DNA of 32,000 bases from Nostoc punctiforme PCC 73102 (GCF_000020025.1 NC_010628.1:2100001-2132000); one strand, 5' to 3'. Positions 1 to 10,054 are shown, counted from the stretch's first letter. Made by a program: numbers and translations. Notes: generated by a model not told the origin, from the letters alone.

Positions 1-2285
1 GTCAGCTTATAGACCAGATTGATGGTGGGGCAGTTCGTGGTACAAACTTATTCCACAGCTTTGAACAATTTTCTGTCTCTGCGGAAAGGACAGCCTACTT
101 TAACAATGCAATAGATATTCAGAACATTATCAGTCGGGTGACAGGTAACTCGATTTCTAAGATAGATGGGATTCTGAAAGCGAACGGCACGGCGAACCTG
201 TTTCTGATTAATCCTAACGGCATTATTTTTGGGCCCAATGCTTCTTTAAATATTGGCGGTTCATTTGTGGCAAGTACGGCGAGTAGCTTGAACTTTGCTG
301 ATGGTACAAAGTTTAGTGCTACATCTCCTCAAGCTAAACCTCTACTGACATTAAGTGTTCCCATTGGCTTACAATTTGGAGCAACTGCGGCTCCCATCCG
401 CAATCAATCTCAAGCAAGTCCAGATGGCACAGTTGATATCTTTGGACAAGGCGTTGGTCTACAGGTGCAGCGAGGCAAAACCTTGGCACTTATAGGCGGT
501 GATATCACGCTAGAGGGCGGAAATATAACGGCAAGGGCAGGAAAGGTTGAATTAGGAAGCGTTGCTGGCAATAGTCTGGTCAGTTTAAGTCCAACCAACC
601 AAGGTTGGGTTTTGGGATATGAAGGTGTTCAAAATTTCCAAAATATCGAAATAATCCAGTTAAATAAAATTCCATCGATTGTAGATACTCATGGAAATGG
701 TAGCGGCAATATCCACCTGCAAGGGGGGCTTGTGCGAGTAGCTGCCAGTTTCCTAATTCTAGTTAATCCCTTTGGAGTGCAATCAGGAGGGAATTTGACA
801 GTGAACGCCTCAGATTCTGTAGTAATTGAAAAAGATTCGCAACTGTTTACTCAGAGTTTCTCCAACGCAAACTCTGGAAACATAAATGTCAATACTAAGA
901 AGTTGGTGGTCAAAAGTGGAGCCCAATTGCAGGGGCAATTGACCATAAACGCTTCAGATTCCGTGGAACTAATTAGCGGCACTAACATCCCTCTCTTTCA
1001 AGATGGTAGTGATTTAATATCCAGTGGATTATTTAGTGCAACTTCTGGCGATAAAAACGCTGGCAACATCATAATTAATACTGGAAGGTTGCGTATCGAA
1101 GGAGGAGCAAGAATATCAACAAGTTCTGAGGGTATATACAGGTTTATTACTAACCAACTTACACCAGCTACAGGTAATGCAGGAAACTTGACGGTGAACG
1201 CTTCCGAGTCGGTAGAATTAATTGGAACTTCACCAAATGGTTCTAAGCTCAGTAGCTTGTTTTCTGGGACTCAAGGGCCTGGAGATGGCGGAAACTTGAC
1301 CCTAACTACAGGGCAATTGATTATCAAGGATGGGGCTGCAATAAATGTGAGCAGCCAAGCTCGAAAAAATGTAATCTATATCGGAGATCCAAATAATCTA
1401 GGAAAAGCAGGCGATTTAAATATAATCGCTCGCTCCATACTTCTCGACAACAAAGGAAAACTCATATCTAATAGTGAGTCAGGTAAAGGTGGGAATATTA
1501 CCCTACAGGTGCAGAACTTATTATTGATGCGCCGCGAAAGTCAAATCACCACTAACGCAGGTACAACAGGACTGGGTGGAGATGGCGGTAATATCATCAT
1601 CAATGCACCTAATGGCTTCATTGTCGCTACTCCCTTGGGAAATAACGATATCACTGCCAATGCCTTCTCTGACTCTGGTGGTAAAATCACAATCACCGCT
1701 AAGAACATTTTTGGATTTGTACCCCGCACTCGTGCAGATGTAGAAAAACTCGATCGAGAAGAAATCAACCCGAATAACCTGCGAACAAGTGACATCACGG
1801 CGTTTTCTCAGCAAAACCCTTCATTAAATGGCACGGTACGAATCAACTCACCAGATGTTGACCCTAGTCAAGGATTAGTGGAGTTGCCTGTAAATTTGGT
1901 TGATGCTTCCCAACAAATTGTTGCTGGTTGTAATTCTGGTGGAAAAATAGCCAAAAGTTCATTTATTACAACTGGGCGTGGAGGAATAGCGCCCAATCCC
2001 ACGGAGCCATTGATAGCTGATGATGCGGTGCTAGCAGATTGGATCGCACTCTCTCCAGACAGTCCGAATCATGCTGAGGGTATCCAGAAGAGAGTGGTTG
2101 TTGACAAGCAGAGAAACACAGAAGAAAATTCACAGAAGGTTAATTCTGTCAATGAACCTACTCAAATTGTGGAAGCTCAAGGATGGGTAGTGGATGCCAA
2201 TGGGAACGTGGTTTTGGTTGCTCAAGTACCCACTGCGTCGCCTCATAATTCTTCACTCATGGCTACATCTTGCGCTGGTAATTAG
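1..2285 (+). CDS. Two-partner-secretion TpsA-like exoprotein (filamentous haemagglutinin N-terminal domain plus beta-helix repeats); 5' end lies outside the window
   Basis: The frame of ORF 138..2285 stays open back to nt 3, reading [25 protein letters not shown]...NIISRVTG. The listed GTG at 138 is therefore internal. It has the TPS-domain motif [10 protein letters not shown], repeated GNLTVNASxSVEL beta-helix-like modules, and a C-terminal AGCNSG..SSFITTGRGG motif shared with the paralog at 3431..5799. Confidence 0.8.
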   Translation, partial: QLIDQIDGGAVRGTNLFHSFEQFSVSAERTAYFNNAIDIQNIISRVTGNSISKIDGILKANGTANLFLINPNGIIFGPNASLNIGGSFVASTASSLNFADGTKFSATSPQAKPLLTLSVPIGLQFGATAAPIRNQSQASPDGTVDIFGQGVGLQVQRGKTLALIGGDITLEGGNITARAGKVELGSVAGNSLVSLSPTNQGWVLGYEGVQNFQNIEIIQLNKIPSIVDTHGNGSGNIHLQGGLVRVAASFLILVNPFGVQSGGNLTVNASDSVVIEKDSQLFTQSFSNANSGNINVNTKKLVVKSGAQLQGQLTINASDSVELISGTNIPLFQDGSDLISSGLFSATSGDKNAGNIIINTGRLRIEGGARISTSSEGIYRFITNQLTPATGNAGNLTVNASESVELIGTSPNGSKLSSLFSGTQGPGDGGNLTLTTGQLIIKDGAAINVSSQARKNVIYIGDPNNLGKAGDLNIIARSILLDNKGKLISNSESGKGGNITLQVQNLLLMRRESQITTNAGTTGLGGDGGNIIINAPNGFIVATPLGNNDITANAFSDSGGKITITAKNIFGFVPRTRADVEKLDREEINPNNLRTSDITAFSQQNPSLNGTVRINSPDVDPSQGLVELPVNLVDASQQIVAGCNSGGKIAKSSFITTGRGGIAPNPTEPLIADDAVLADWIALSPDSPNHAEGIQKRVVVDKQRNTEENSQKVNSVNEPTQIVEAQGWVVDANGNVVLVAQVPTASPHNSSLMATSCAGN

Positions 2286-2365
2286 AATTTGAGATTCTCG
2301 TAAATTTTGTTGGTGCGTTGGCCTAACCCATCGTAGACATCACTAATTCACTATGATCTTCATAC

Positions 2366-2500
2366 AAGCGATCGCTCTCTACTCAAATCAGGTGTGGTGC
2401 GATCGCTCTTTCTACTCAAGGTGCGCTCGCTTTTTCGCAATGACCCTTATGTAAGCAAGCGATGGCTTCTCCTACTCAACTCAGGTGTCAGTGCGATCGC
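2366..2500. repeat. Two roughly 40-bp HIP1-flanked direct repeats with a partial copy between them
   Basis: aagcgatcgctctctactcaaatcaggtgtggtgcgatcgc at 2366-2406 resembles aagcgatggcttctcctactcaactcaggtgtcagtgcgatcgc at 2457-2500. A partial copy, gcgatcgctctttctactcaagg, lies between them. Confidence 0.5.
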
Positions 2501-2803
2501 GTAGGGTCTCGTAGAGAAGGTATGGCTTCTTTGTCAGGTTGGTAGCCAGATTCATGAAGATTTTAAGGAAATCCGGTAGAAATATATGAAGTTTTATTAC
2601 GTAATGCGTAATTATAACTAGCCAAGCTGAAGTAATAATTATGGGAGTTTGCAAGAGCTTTAGAGACCGAATGCTTTGGTGCCACTCTAGACTCTGTATC
2701 CTTAATTTCTTCGTCGCCAAACTGTACTAATCGAAGTCACGTTAATTTAGTACATCAAAAGATAAGTTTACACATCTACCAGTCTGCAAGGAGAGTAACA
2801 ATT

Positions 2804-3076
2804 ATGAATTCTCAAAACACACAACAGCTAACAGATGAGATTCAAAAGGAAACTAGTCAGAGCTTGAATAACTCTGAATCTGTTGGTGTAAGTGCAAATG
2901 ATGGTATATCAGGAGATAATCATCATGACTTGCACAGCAACATAGACCTTAATAAAACTGAATTTAATGATGGTAGTGCAGAGAAAGAGCTTCATAATTT
3001 TCCCCAAGGAATTCCACCTAAGAATAAAAATCTAGAAAGTTGCGTTTTGACTGATGACGGTATGATATGTCATTAA
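2804..3076 (+). CDS. Hypothetical small acidic, polar protein (90 aa) with a C-terminal Cys pair
   Basis: ATG start preceded by AAGGAG at 2789-2794, 9 nt upstream. There is no signal peptide and the sequence is low-complexity, rich in N, S, D and E, ending in CVLTDDGMICH. I recognise no family. Confidence 0.35.
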   Translation: MNSQNTQQLTDEIQKETSQSLNNSESVGVSANDGISGDNHHDLHSNIDLNKTEFNDGSAEKELHNFPQGIPPKNKNLESCVLTDDGMICH

Positions 3077-3430
3077 AGTTTAGCCTTAACAGTATTCTCA
3101 AATTAATTGGTATCATTTCAATTTTCTGAGAGTAAAGATAATAACATTGCCAACTTAATTTCTCGTCTTAATTTAGTTGAGAGTAAAGTTAATAATGTCA
3201 TTTCTAATTGCGTGAAATACAGCTTTTTTACAAGGGGCACAACAATGTTATGCCCCTATAATATAGTGTTTGCAAATGATAAACACTATAAGGTTTGGTA
3301 AAGAAAAGAGCGAAAGGCAGATTACGGATTCCATTCTGATGTAATCTAATTATCGCACTCACGTTAATACAGATTTAGCGTCACTATTGTTAAGCAATTA
3401 ATGCTTTTTTAGAGCGGTATAATATCAAGT

Positions 3431-5799
3431 ATGAGTAATCTGTGGGTCTGCTTTAAAAGTCTAGGATTTGCAGTATGTGGTGCAATAGTTTTCTGCGAAA
3501 ACTCCGCTATTGCTCAAATTACCCAGGATGGTACTCTACCTACTAATTCTCAGGTTACACCACAGGGTAATATCACAATTATTGAAGGTGGAACCAGAGC
3601 AGAAAACAATCTTTTCCACAGTTTTGAGCAATTTTCTGTACCTACAGGGATTACGGCTCACTTTCAAAATCCAACAGATATTCAAAATATTATTAGCCGA
3701 GTAACAGGTAAGTCTATTTCTAATATTGATGGCATCCTGAAAGCAGACGGCACTGCTAACCTATTTCTAATTAATCCCAACGGGATTATTTTTGGTAACA
3801 ATGCTTCTTTACAAATTAACGGTTCATTTGTGGCGAGTACCGCAAGTAGTTTGAACTTTGCCGATGGTACAAAGTTGAGTGCCACAGATCCTCGAACCAC
3901 ACCCCTGCTAACAGTAAGTGTACCCAAAGTGTACCCACTGGTTTACAATTCGGAGCTACTGCGGCTCCCATCCGCAATCAATCCCAAGCAAGACCAAATG
4001 GTAGCACAACTGTTAGACCTGGTGGCTTACAAGTACAGTCAGGCAAAACCTTGGCACTTGTAGGCGGTGATATAACTCTGGAGGGCGGAAATTTAACCGC
4101 AACATCTGGACGAATTGAGCTAGGAAGTGTCGCTGCCAACAGTCTGGTTAGTCTGAAACCAACGATTCAAGGTTGGGTTTTTGGATATGAAGGTGTCCAG
4201 AATTTCCAAAATATTCAACTAATCACGCGAACTGTTAATGGTTCTGAGATTCCATCTCAGGTAAGAGCTAATAACACAGATGGTAGTGGAGGTAATATCG
4301 AAGTGCATGGTAACACAGTGGAAATAATAGGTTACCCTGTAATACTGACAACTCAGACTACTGGTATCGGAAATGCCGGAGACTTAACGATTACCACTAG
4401 GAAATTAATTGTGCGGGATGGCGCACAAGTTTTCACTTCTACCAGAGGCGGGGGTCAAGGAGGAAAGTTAACTGTGAACGCCTCTGAGTCTGTGGAAGTA
4501 AATGGTAGCTTTCCCATACCAAATAGTGATTTTGTTCAATCTGGTGCATTGTATAGTTCAACCGGCGGTAGTGGAAAGGCGGGTGACCTTATCATCAATA
4601 CTGGAAAGTTGCGTATTATGAGCGGCGGACGGATATCAACGGAATCTACTGCATCATTACGAAATTCACAATTGATACCAGGTACAGGAGCAGGAGGCAA
4701 TTTGACTGTAAACGCCTCTGAGTCTGTTGAACTAATTGGAAGATCAACAAGCAATTTAAATGTTACTAGCGGCTTGTTTGCTTCAACTAACACTTCTGGA
4801 GATGCCGGAAAAGTGACAATTACTACAGGAAAATTGATCATCCAGAATGGGGCTAATGTCACTGTAAGCAGTCAATTTGGCCAGGATTATATTTACCCAG
4901 GAGATGCATATATACTAGGTTCAGCAGGGGATCTAAATGTAACTGCTGGCTCCATACTTCTAGATAATGAGGGAAAACTCACATCTAATAGTGAGTCAGG
5001 CAAAGGCGGAAATATTACCCTACAGATGCGCGACTTATTACTAATGCGCCGCAACAGCCAAATATCCACTAATGCAGGAAATAATGGAGATGGTGGTAAA
5101 ATCACCATCTATGCACCAAAGGGCTTCCTTGTCGCCACTCCCTTCGGAAATAACGATATCACGGCCAACGCCAACTTCGGCTCTGGTGGTAAAATCACAA
5201 TCACCACCAAGAACATCTTTGGTTTTGTGCCCCGCACCCGTGCAGACCTAGAGAGGCTTTTGAACCCTAAAGAGCCACTAGACCCAAGTAGGCTGCCAAC
5301 AAGTGACATCACCGCGTTTTCTCAGCAAAACCCTTCATTAAATGGCACTGTGCAAATCAACTCACCAGATGCTGACCCCAGTAAAGGATTAGTGGAACTA
5401 CCCGTAAATCTGGTTGATGCTTCTGAGCAAATTGCTGCTGGTTGTAATTCTGGTGCAAAAATAGGAAGGAGTTCCTTTATTGCTACTGGGCGTGGAGGAC
5501 TAGTAGCCGATCCCACGCAGGCATTGATAGCTGATGATGCGGTGCTGGCAGATTGGATCACACTCTCTCCAGAGAGTAAAAATCGTGCTGCTGGTATTCA
5601 AAAAAGAGCGGTTCTTCAGGCGCAGCAAAACACAGAAGAAAAATCACAGAAAGTTAATTCTGTCAATGAACCTACTCAAATTGTAGAAGCCCAAGGCTGG
5701 GTAATGGATGCTAATGGTAATGTAGTTTTGGTTGCTCAAGTACCCACTGCGTCGCCCCATAACTCGTCACTCACGGCTACATCTTGCGCTGCTCGTTAG
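3431..5799 (+). pseudogene. TpsA-like exoprotein paralog, frameshifted (ORFs 3431..4063 and 4051..5799)
   Basis: The N-terminus has a signal peptide (…[12 protein letters not shown]) and a TPS domain ([21 protein letters not shown]). The frame changes from 2 to 1 at an 11-bp duplication at 3916-3937. Removing 11 nt gives 2358 nt, or 786 codons including the stop, and restores …[20 protein letters not shown]…, which is colinear with paralog 1. Confidence 0.8.
3916..3937 (+). repeat. Perfect 11-bp tandem duplication (aagtgtaccca x2) that causes the frameshift
   Basis: Read directly from the sequence: 3916-3926 is identical to 3927-3937. Paralog 1 has a single equivalent at this position (…agtgttcccattggc…). 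Confidence 0.9.
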
Positions 5800-5851
5800 A
5801 CTTTGAGATAAGTTAAACAACCTCTGAATTAACGTTTAATTTCCATAACTT

Positions 5852-5879
5852 GGCAGTAATTACGATCGCAATTACTGCC
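5852..5879. terminator. Hairpin between convergent genes, a possible bidirectional terminator
   Basis: ggcagtaatt (5852-5861) pairs perfectly with aattactgcc (5870-5879) across an 8-nt loop, acgatcgc. It lies between the stop at 5799 (+) and the stop at 5906 (-). There is no clear U-tract. Confidence 0.45.
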
Positions 5880-5905
5880 CAGAAGTTCGCCTATTGTCTA
5901 TATTC

Positions 5906-6937
5906 CTAACTCGTCTCCTGAATTTGCAAACGAACAGTGTGTTCAGTTGCACCACTAAGTTGCAATTCCATAATTTCACCACCCAGAGGTTCTAAGCAAG
6001 TGAGGAGCGATCGCAAGTTGGGTGTACTTGCACCAGTATCTACATACAATCTATCTGCCAAATTGCCGATTCGTTTCCACGTCATGTAGAGTTTAGCGAT
6101 CGTTTGTTCAATCTGCGATGCTTGATTGACCAAATCAGCAGCAATGCTCAAACAGCCGACTCTTTGCGCTTCTTCTAAGGCTGTTTCAATATCAACATTT
6201 TCCTGCGTCAGCGCTTGGACTTGAGCCGCCCCTTTGAGATATTTGGCCAAGTTACGTGCTTCACTTGTTACCTGTTTCAGGGTATCCACATCAGGATTGG
6301 CAGCAATTTCTTTCTGGATAAACTTTTGGTGCGATTCTGGCAGTTTTTCCATTTCCTTCACCAATGGGGCAATGTAGCGCGGCGGAAGGGTGTTATCTGC
6401 AGCTTTTTCTCTGACTGATTCCGGTAATAAATCCGAAGACATAGCTGTCCATTCATCGCTGAGTTGACGTACTTCGCGCCTGGTGATGCGATCGCCTTTT
6501 TGGGCGGCTTCACTCACCATCTGTTGCACTTCTGGCGATGCTTTGGAGGTTTCAACAAATGCCCGTTTACTGAAGTTATTCACAGAACCGGGGTCGAGTT
6601 TACCGTCTTCAATGAGAGTATCGGCACTATTGGCCAGCTGAATCCACGCATAAGCTTGACTTTTGCTGATTTCCCGCTCTTTTAGCCATCGCAGAAAGCC
6701 AGTACCGCGCCCATCACCACCCACTTTCTCTCTGTCGCGGATCGCCCGTAAAATTCGCCCCCGCCAGATTTCAGTCTGCAAATCAAAGCGATCGCATACC
6801 TGCCAAGCTATTTCGAGTTGCTGTTGAAAATCTGATTCTAGAATCTGTTCATCTTCTGGATCGGGCAGTTCAAAGCTGATATCTGCTGGCTGTAGTAAAG
6901 CAGCAGCAAGGTCGTTGATGGAGTCGGTGTCTTGCAC
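5906..6937 (-). CDS. Conserved hypothetical protein with a possible DUF3102-like or ParB-like HTH N-terminal region
   Basis: A 343-aa ORF with a GTG start and ordinary composition. The segment EIWRGRILRAIRDRE…GFLRWLKEREISKSQAYAWIQLA resembles the DUF3102-type HTH pattern. This assignment is from memory only. Confidence 0.6.
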   Translation of the reverse strand: MQDTDSINDLAAALLQPADISFELPDPEDEQILESDFQQQLEIAWQVCDRFDLQTEIWRGRILRAIRDREKVGGDGRGTGFLRWLKEREISKSQAYAWIQLANSADTLIEDGKLDPGSVNNFSKRAFVETSKASPEVQQMVSEAAQKGDRITRREVRQLSDEWTAMSSDLLPESVREKAADNTLPPRYIAPLVKEMEKLPESHQKFIQKEIAANPDVDTLKQVTSEARNLAKYLKGAAQVQALTQENVDIETALEEAQRVGCLSIAADLVNQASQIEQTIAKLYMTWKRIGNLADRLYVDTGASTPNLRSLLTCLEPLGGEIMELQLSGATEHTVRLQIQETS

Positions 6938-7098
6938 GATTGATGATAACTAGTGGATGCGATCGGCTTATTATGCCACAATCTGTGGACTATCACTTAA
7001 GGGGGAGTACGGTATTTTGAATTACTACACATATAGTAGGAAGGGGTAAACCACCCCAGTAAGGTCTTTAATTAATCAGAGAGAATAAAAATAAAACG

Positions 7099-8085
7099 AT
7101 GAACCAGGTAGACTACCTCCGCATTAGTTTAATCGATCGCTGTAATTTTCGTTGTCAATACTGTATGCCAGAGGGAGTAGAACTGGATTATATTCTCAAG
7201 CAACAGCTATTAACTAATGAGGAGTTGCTCACCTTAATTAGAGAGGTATTTATTCCAGTAGGCTTTAATCGGTTTCGTTTGACTGGGGGTGAACCCTTAT
7301 TGCGTCCACGTGTGGTGGATTTGGTAAGTGCGATCGCAACTTTACCTCAAACTCAAGACCTCTCTATGACCACCAACGGGTTTTTGCTGGCTCCGATGGC
7401 ACAAAACCTCTACAATGCTGGTCTAAGACGAATTAATATCAGTCTAGACTCTCTTGATGCTGACACTTTTGATCAAATTATCGGTAATCAAGGGCGTTCT
7501 CGTTGGCAACAAGTTTGGCATGGCATTCAAGCTGCCCATAGCGTTGGATTCGACCCACTGAAGCTGAATGTGGTGGTGATTCCTGGTGTTAATGACCACG
7601 AAATTTTAGATTTAGCTGCCCTAACAATTGATAAACAGTGGCACGTTCGATTTATTGAATTTATGCCTATTGGTAATGTAGATTTGTTTGGCGATCGCGG
7701 TTGGGTATCTTCAGCCGAGTTACGGCAACAAATCCGCGATCGCTGGGGCTTGACAGAATCTCAAGTTCGTGGTGCTGGCCCTGCTGATGTCTTTAAAATT
7801 CCTGGTGCGAAGGGGACACTAGGATTTATTAGTCAGATGTCAGAATGTTTTTGCGATCGTTGTAACCGGATGCGCCTGAGTGCTGATGGCTGGCTGCGTC
7901 CGTGTTTATTGAATGAAACTGGTCAAATAGATTTAAAAACTGCTCTGCGTTCTGGCACTAGCACCGCTCAATTACAAGAGCAGGTGAGGCATTTGCTCCG
8001 AATGAAGCCAGAAATTAACTTTAAAGGGCGCGATTCTGGGATTGTCGGTACATATACTCGCACTATGTCACAAATTGGCGGATAG
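7099..8085 (+). CDS. moaA: GTP 3',8-cyclase (molybdenum cofactor biosynthesis protein A)
   Basis: Radical-SAM motif CNFRCQYC near the N-terminus, GGEPLLRP, and a C-terminal second-cluster motif [18 protein letters not shown]. The length of 328 aa is typical. Confidence 0.95.
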   Translation: MNQVDYLRISLIDRCNFRCQYCMPEGVELDYILKQQLLTNEELLTLIREVFIPVGFNRFRLTGGEPLLRPRVVDLVSAIATLPQTQDLSMTTNGFLLAPMAQNLYNAGLRRINISLDSLDADTFDQIIGNQGRSRWQQVWHGIQAAHSVGFDPLKLNVVVIPGVNDHEILDLAALTIDKQWHVRFIEFMPIGNVDLFGDRGWVSSAELRQQIRDRWGLTESQVRGAGPADVFKIPGAKGTLGFISQMSECFCDRCNRMRLSADGWLRPCLLNETGQIDLKTALRSGTSTAQLQEQVRHLLRMKPEINFKGRDSGIVGTYTRTMSQIGG

Positions 8086-8091
8086 CCATTG

Positions 8092-8128
8092 GTCATTTGT
8101 CCTTTGCAAATAACTAGGGACAAATGAC
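8092..8128. terminator. Hairpin between convergent moaA and rpsD
   Basis: gtcatttgtcc (8092-8102) pairs perfectly with ggacaaatgac (8118-8128) across a 15-nt loop. An A-run follows on the + strand, which is a T-run for the - strand. Confidence 0.5.
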
Positions 8129-8144
8129 TGAGAAAAAATGACTA

Positions 8145-8753
8145 TTACGCTTGTCGTGAGTAGTATTCCACCACAAGTAGTTCATTAACTTGTAGTGCCA
8201 CCCATTCGCGCTCAATAACACTGTTGACTTTACCAACCAACTTATTTTTGTCAAACTCCAAATGACTGGGGAGGTTAGCCAAACCGGGATATTGCAAGTT
8301 AGCTTCCACTAACTTCCGTGATTGTGCCCGATCTCTGACTGCAATTACTTCTCCAGGACGGCATTGGTAGCTGGCAATATTCACCACACGACCATTAACA
8401 GTTACGTGACCGTGATTTACCAGTTGACGAGCGGCTGGGATAGTCGGGGCTATACCCAAGCGGAAAACGGTATTATCTAAGCGCATTTCTAACAATTGCA
8501 GCAGCACTTGTCCGGTAGAACCAGTAACACGTCTGGCTTTCCGCACATAGCGGAGCAATTGTTTTTCAGTCAAACCGTAGTTGAAGCGGAGCTTTTGCTT
8601 TTCTTCTAAACGGATGGCATACTCAGAGCGTTTCTTACGGTTCTGACCATGCTGACCAGGTGGGTAAGCGCGTCTGGCGCTTTTACGAGTCAATCCTGGT
8701 AGGTCGCCTAAGCGACGGACAATTCTGAGGCGTGGCCCTCTATATCGGGACAT
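8145..8753 (-). CDS. rpsD: 30S ribosomal protein S4
   Basis: [16 protein letters not shown]…LPGLT is the canonical S4 N-terminus. An S4 RNA-binding domain is present ([10 protein letters not shown]…ARQLVNHGH) and the length is 202 aa. Confidence 0.97.
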   Translation of the reverse strand: MSRYRGPRLRIVRRLGDLPGLTRKSARRAYPPGQHGQNRKKRSEYAIRLEEKQKLRFNYGLTEKQLLRYVRKARRVTGSTGQVLLQLLEMRLDNTVFRLGIAPTIPAARQLVNHGHVTVNGRVVNIASYQCRPGEVIAVRDRAQSRKLVEANLQYPGLANLPSHLEFDKNKLVGKVNSVIEREWVALQVNELLVVEYYSRQA

Positions 8754-9194
8754 GAGTTTCCTTAATCTAATCCTGTTTAAACTTTACCCAAACATTCTAT
8801 GTTGACATACCACTGATTAAAAATCAGGGGATTCTTGGTTTTTGAAGCTGCTTGCCTTGGTATGACGTATCCTACCAGAGTAGAGGCTTCAACTTTTGTA
8901 GCCAGTTGCTTTAAGTCGGTAGAGCCGACATACTAGCTTCCAAGCCTGAATTCCGACCTGTCACGCCGTACTTCTGCCAATAAGTTTTTTGTTTTTATTT
9001 AGTTTCGTAGGCTACTCAATCATCAGATTGGTGTACGCAGTATTCTTACTCTGAAATACTTTTTACGTTGCCTACTTATCTTTCAAACAGTTATATTAAC
9101 ACAATTTCCGGCATAATTAATTATGTCTAAACTTTGCTCACGCTGAAATTATTGAATTACAGAGGATTTTTAAAATATTTGAGTTAGCATAACT

Positions 9195-9896
9195 TTGGGT
9201 GTTTGGAGAATGGCAATGTCAATGAGCAATAAAGCGGTTAATAGAGGTAAGAACAAACAAGCCAGTTCCACCTCCAGAAGTTTAATAGTACCAGTTTTGG
9301 CTATAGCTGGATGGTTGACAACGATCTTACCCAATCCAGCGATCGCTGCTTCCTACAGCAATGATTATAGTAACTGTGCAGGCCGTCTCCTAAAAGTGGG
9401 CGTAACCGCAGAAGCGGCATCACAAGCTTGTGCAGCTGCACTGCGTCCAACTGATTTGGCTGCTTGCGTGGTTAAAATTGATAAGGAAACCCAAATTGCT
9501 GCGACAGATGCACTTTCTTCTTGTGGGAAGGCCCGGCGACCTGAAGAGTTAGCTACCTGTGTAGTCGGTGTCAGTTTAAGTACTAAGGAAGAAGCTAATC
9601 CGGCAGTTTTAAATTACTGTGGACGTAGTTTGTTACCCGTGCGCTTTGGGCAGTGTGTGGTTGGCTTGCGTAGTCAAATCGATGTTCCTCCTGCTCAAGT
9701 CTTAGATACTTGTATTAGTGCTGATGATAGTGTTATCGGTGCTTCATCTTCAACACCAACCATCATTCCCGCAGGATCAGGTATCGAGACTGTTCCATTT
9801 CCAACGCAACAGACTGTTCCAGCACAACCGACTGTTCCAACGCAACCGGCTATTCCAACGCAACCGACTGTTCCAACGCAACCCGGCGCTAATTAA
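9195..9896 (+). CDS. Secreted Cys-repeat protein with a C-terminal Pro/Thr/Gln repeat tail
   Basis: It has a hydrophobic signal-like segment (LIVPVLAIAGWLTTILPNPAIAA). Eight Cys residues fall in three related modules (…C…RPxxLAxCVV…), followed by a PTQPTV hexapeptide repeat tail. The true start is more likely the ATG at 9210, 9216 or 9222 than the TTG at 9195. Confidence 0.65.
   Translation: MGVWRMAMSMSNKAVNRGKNKQASSTSRSLIVPVLAIAGWLTTILPNPAIAASYSNDYSNCAGRLLKVGVTAEAASQACAAALRPTDLAACVVKIDKETQIAATDALSSCGKARRPEELATCVVGVSLSTKEEANPAVLNYCGRSLLPVRFGQCVVGLRSQIDVPPAQVLDTCISADDSVIGASSSTPTIIPAGSGIETVPFPTQQTVPAQPTVPTQPAIPTQPTVPTQPGAN
9801..9890 (+). repeat. Five 18-bp in-frame tandem repeats encoding P-T-Q-P-T-V
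   Basis: The units are ccaacgcaacagactgtt, ccagcacaaccgactgtt, ccaacgcaaccggctatt, ccaacgcaaccgactgtt and ccaacgcaacccggcgct. Confidence 0.85.
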
Positions 9897-9940
9897 ATAT
9901 AGTGCTTTGTAATTGCTGAGAATATAGGTTAATTAGTAAG

Positions 9941-9966
9941 GTGGGCATTAAAACGCCCACTTTATT
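9941..9966 (+). terminator. Rho-independent terminator candidate downstream of 9195..9896
   Basis: gtgggc, the loop attaaaac, then gcccac, followed by tttatt. Confidence 0.55.
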
Positions 9967-10054
9967 AGTCTGTCAAGTTTAAATTCATGGGTAAGCAAGT
10001 TCGTAGACAATACTGCTCACTTTGTGCATTTTGAACTCGGAATTGGGTTTGGGG

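Noticed and set aside
3107-3301. The 64-aa ORF downstream of the small acidic ORF.
   Set aside because: It has a TTG start and no SD. It spans the common ggggcacaac…gttatgcccc hairpin repeat (about 3233-3257) and lies in AT-rich spacer sequence.
2286-3430. A CDI-like toxin/immunity arrangement, meaning a TpsA C-terminal toxin followed by a small immunity gene.
   Set aside because: The C-termini of the two TpsA-like paralogs are the most conserved parts rather than polymorphic toxin tips. The small ORF starts 500 nt downstream and is not tightly coupled.
410-5561. Antisense or out-of-frame ORFs inside the TpsA-like genes: 410..598, 1521..1814, 1541..1798, 3510..3704, 3682..3927, 4536..4862, 4893..5108, 5109..5312 and 5322..5561.
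   Set aside because: These are shadow ORFs of long, repeat-rich coding regions, and their translations are low-complexity.
6938-7098. A possible Moco riboswitch upstream of moaA.
   Set aside because: I see only a short hairpin (ggggt/acccc) and cannot recognise the conserved Moco-motif core by eye. A covariance-model scan would be needed.
8754-8950. A structured leader upstream of rpsD as an S4 autoregulatory element.
   Set aside because: I see several small hairpins but cannot match them to any known S4-binding leader. The evidence is insufficient without covariation analysis.
9718-9912. The alternative-frame ORF over the PTQ repeat (…NRLFQRNRLFQ…).
   Set aside because: It is a frame artefact of the 18-bp repeat and has no independent support.
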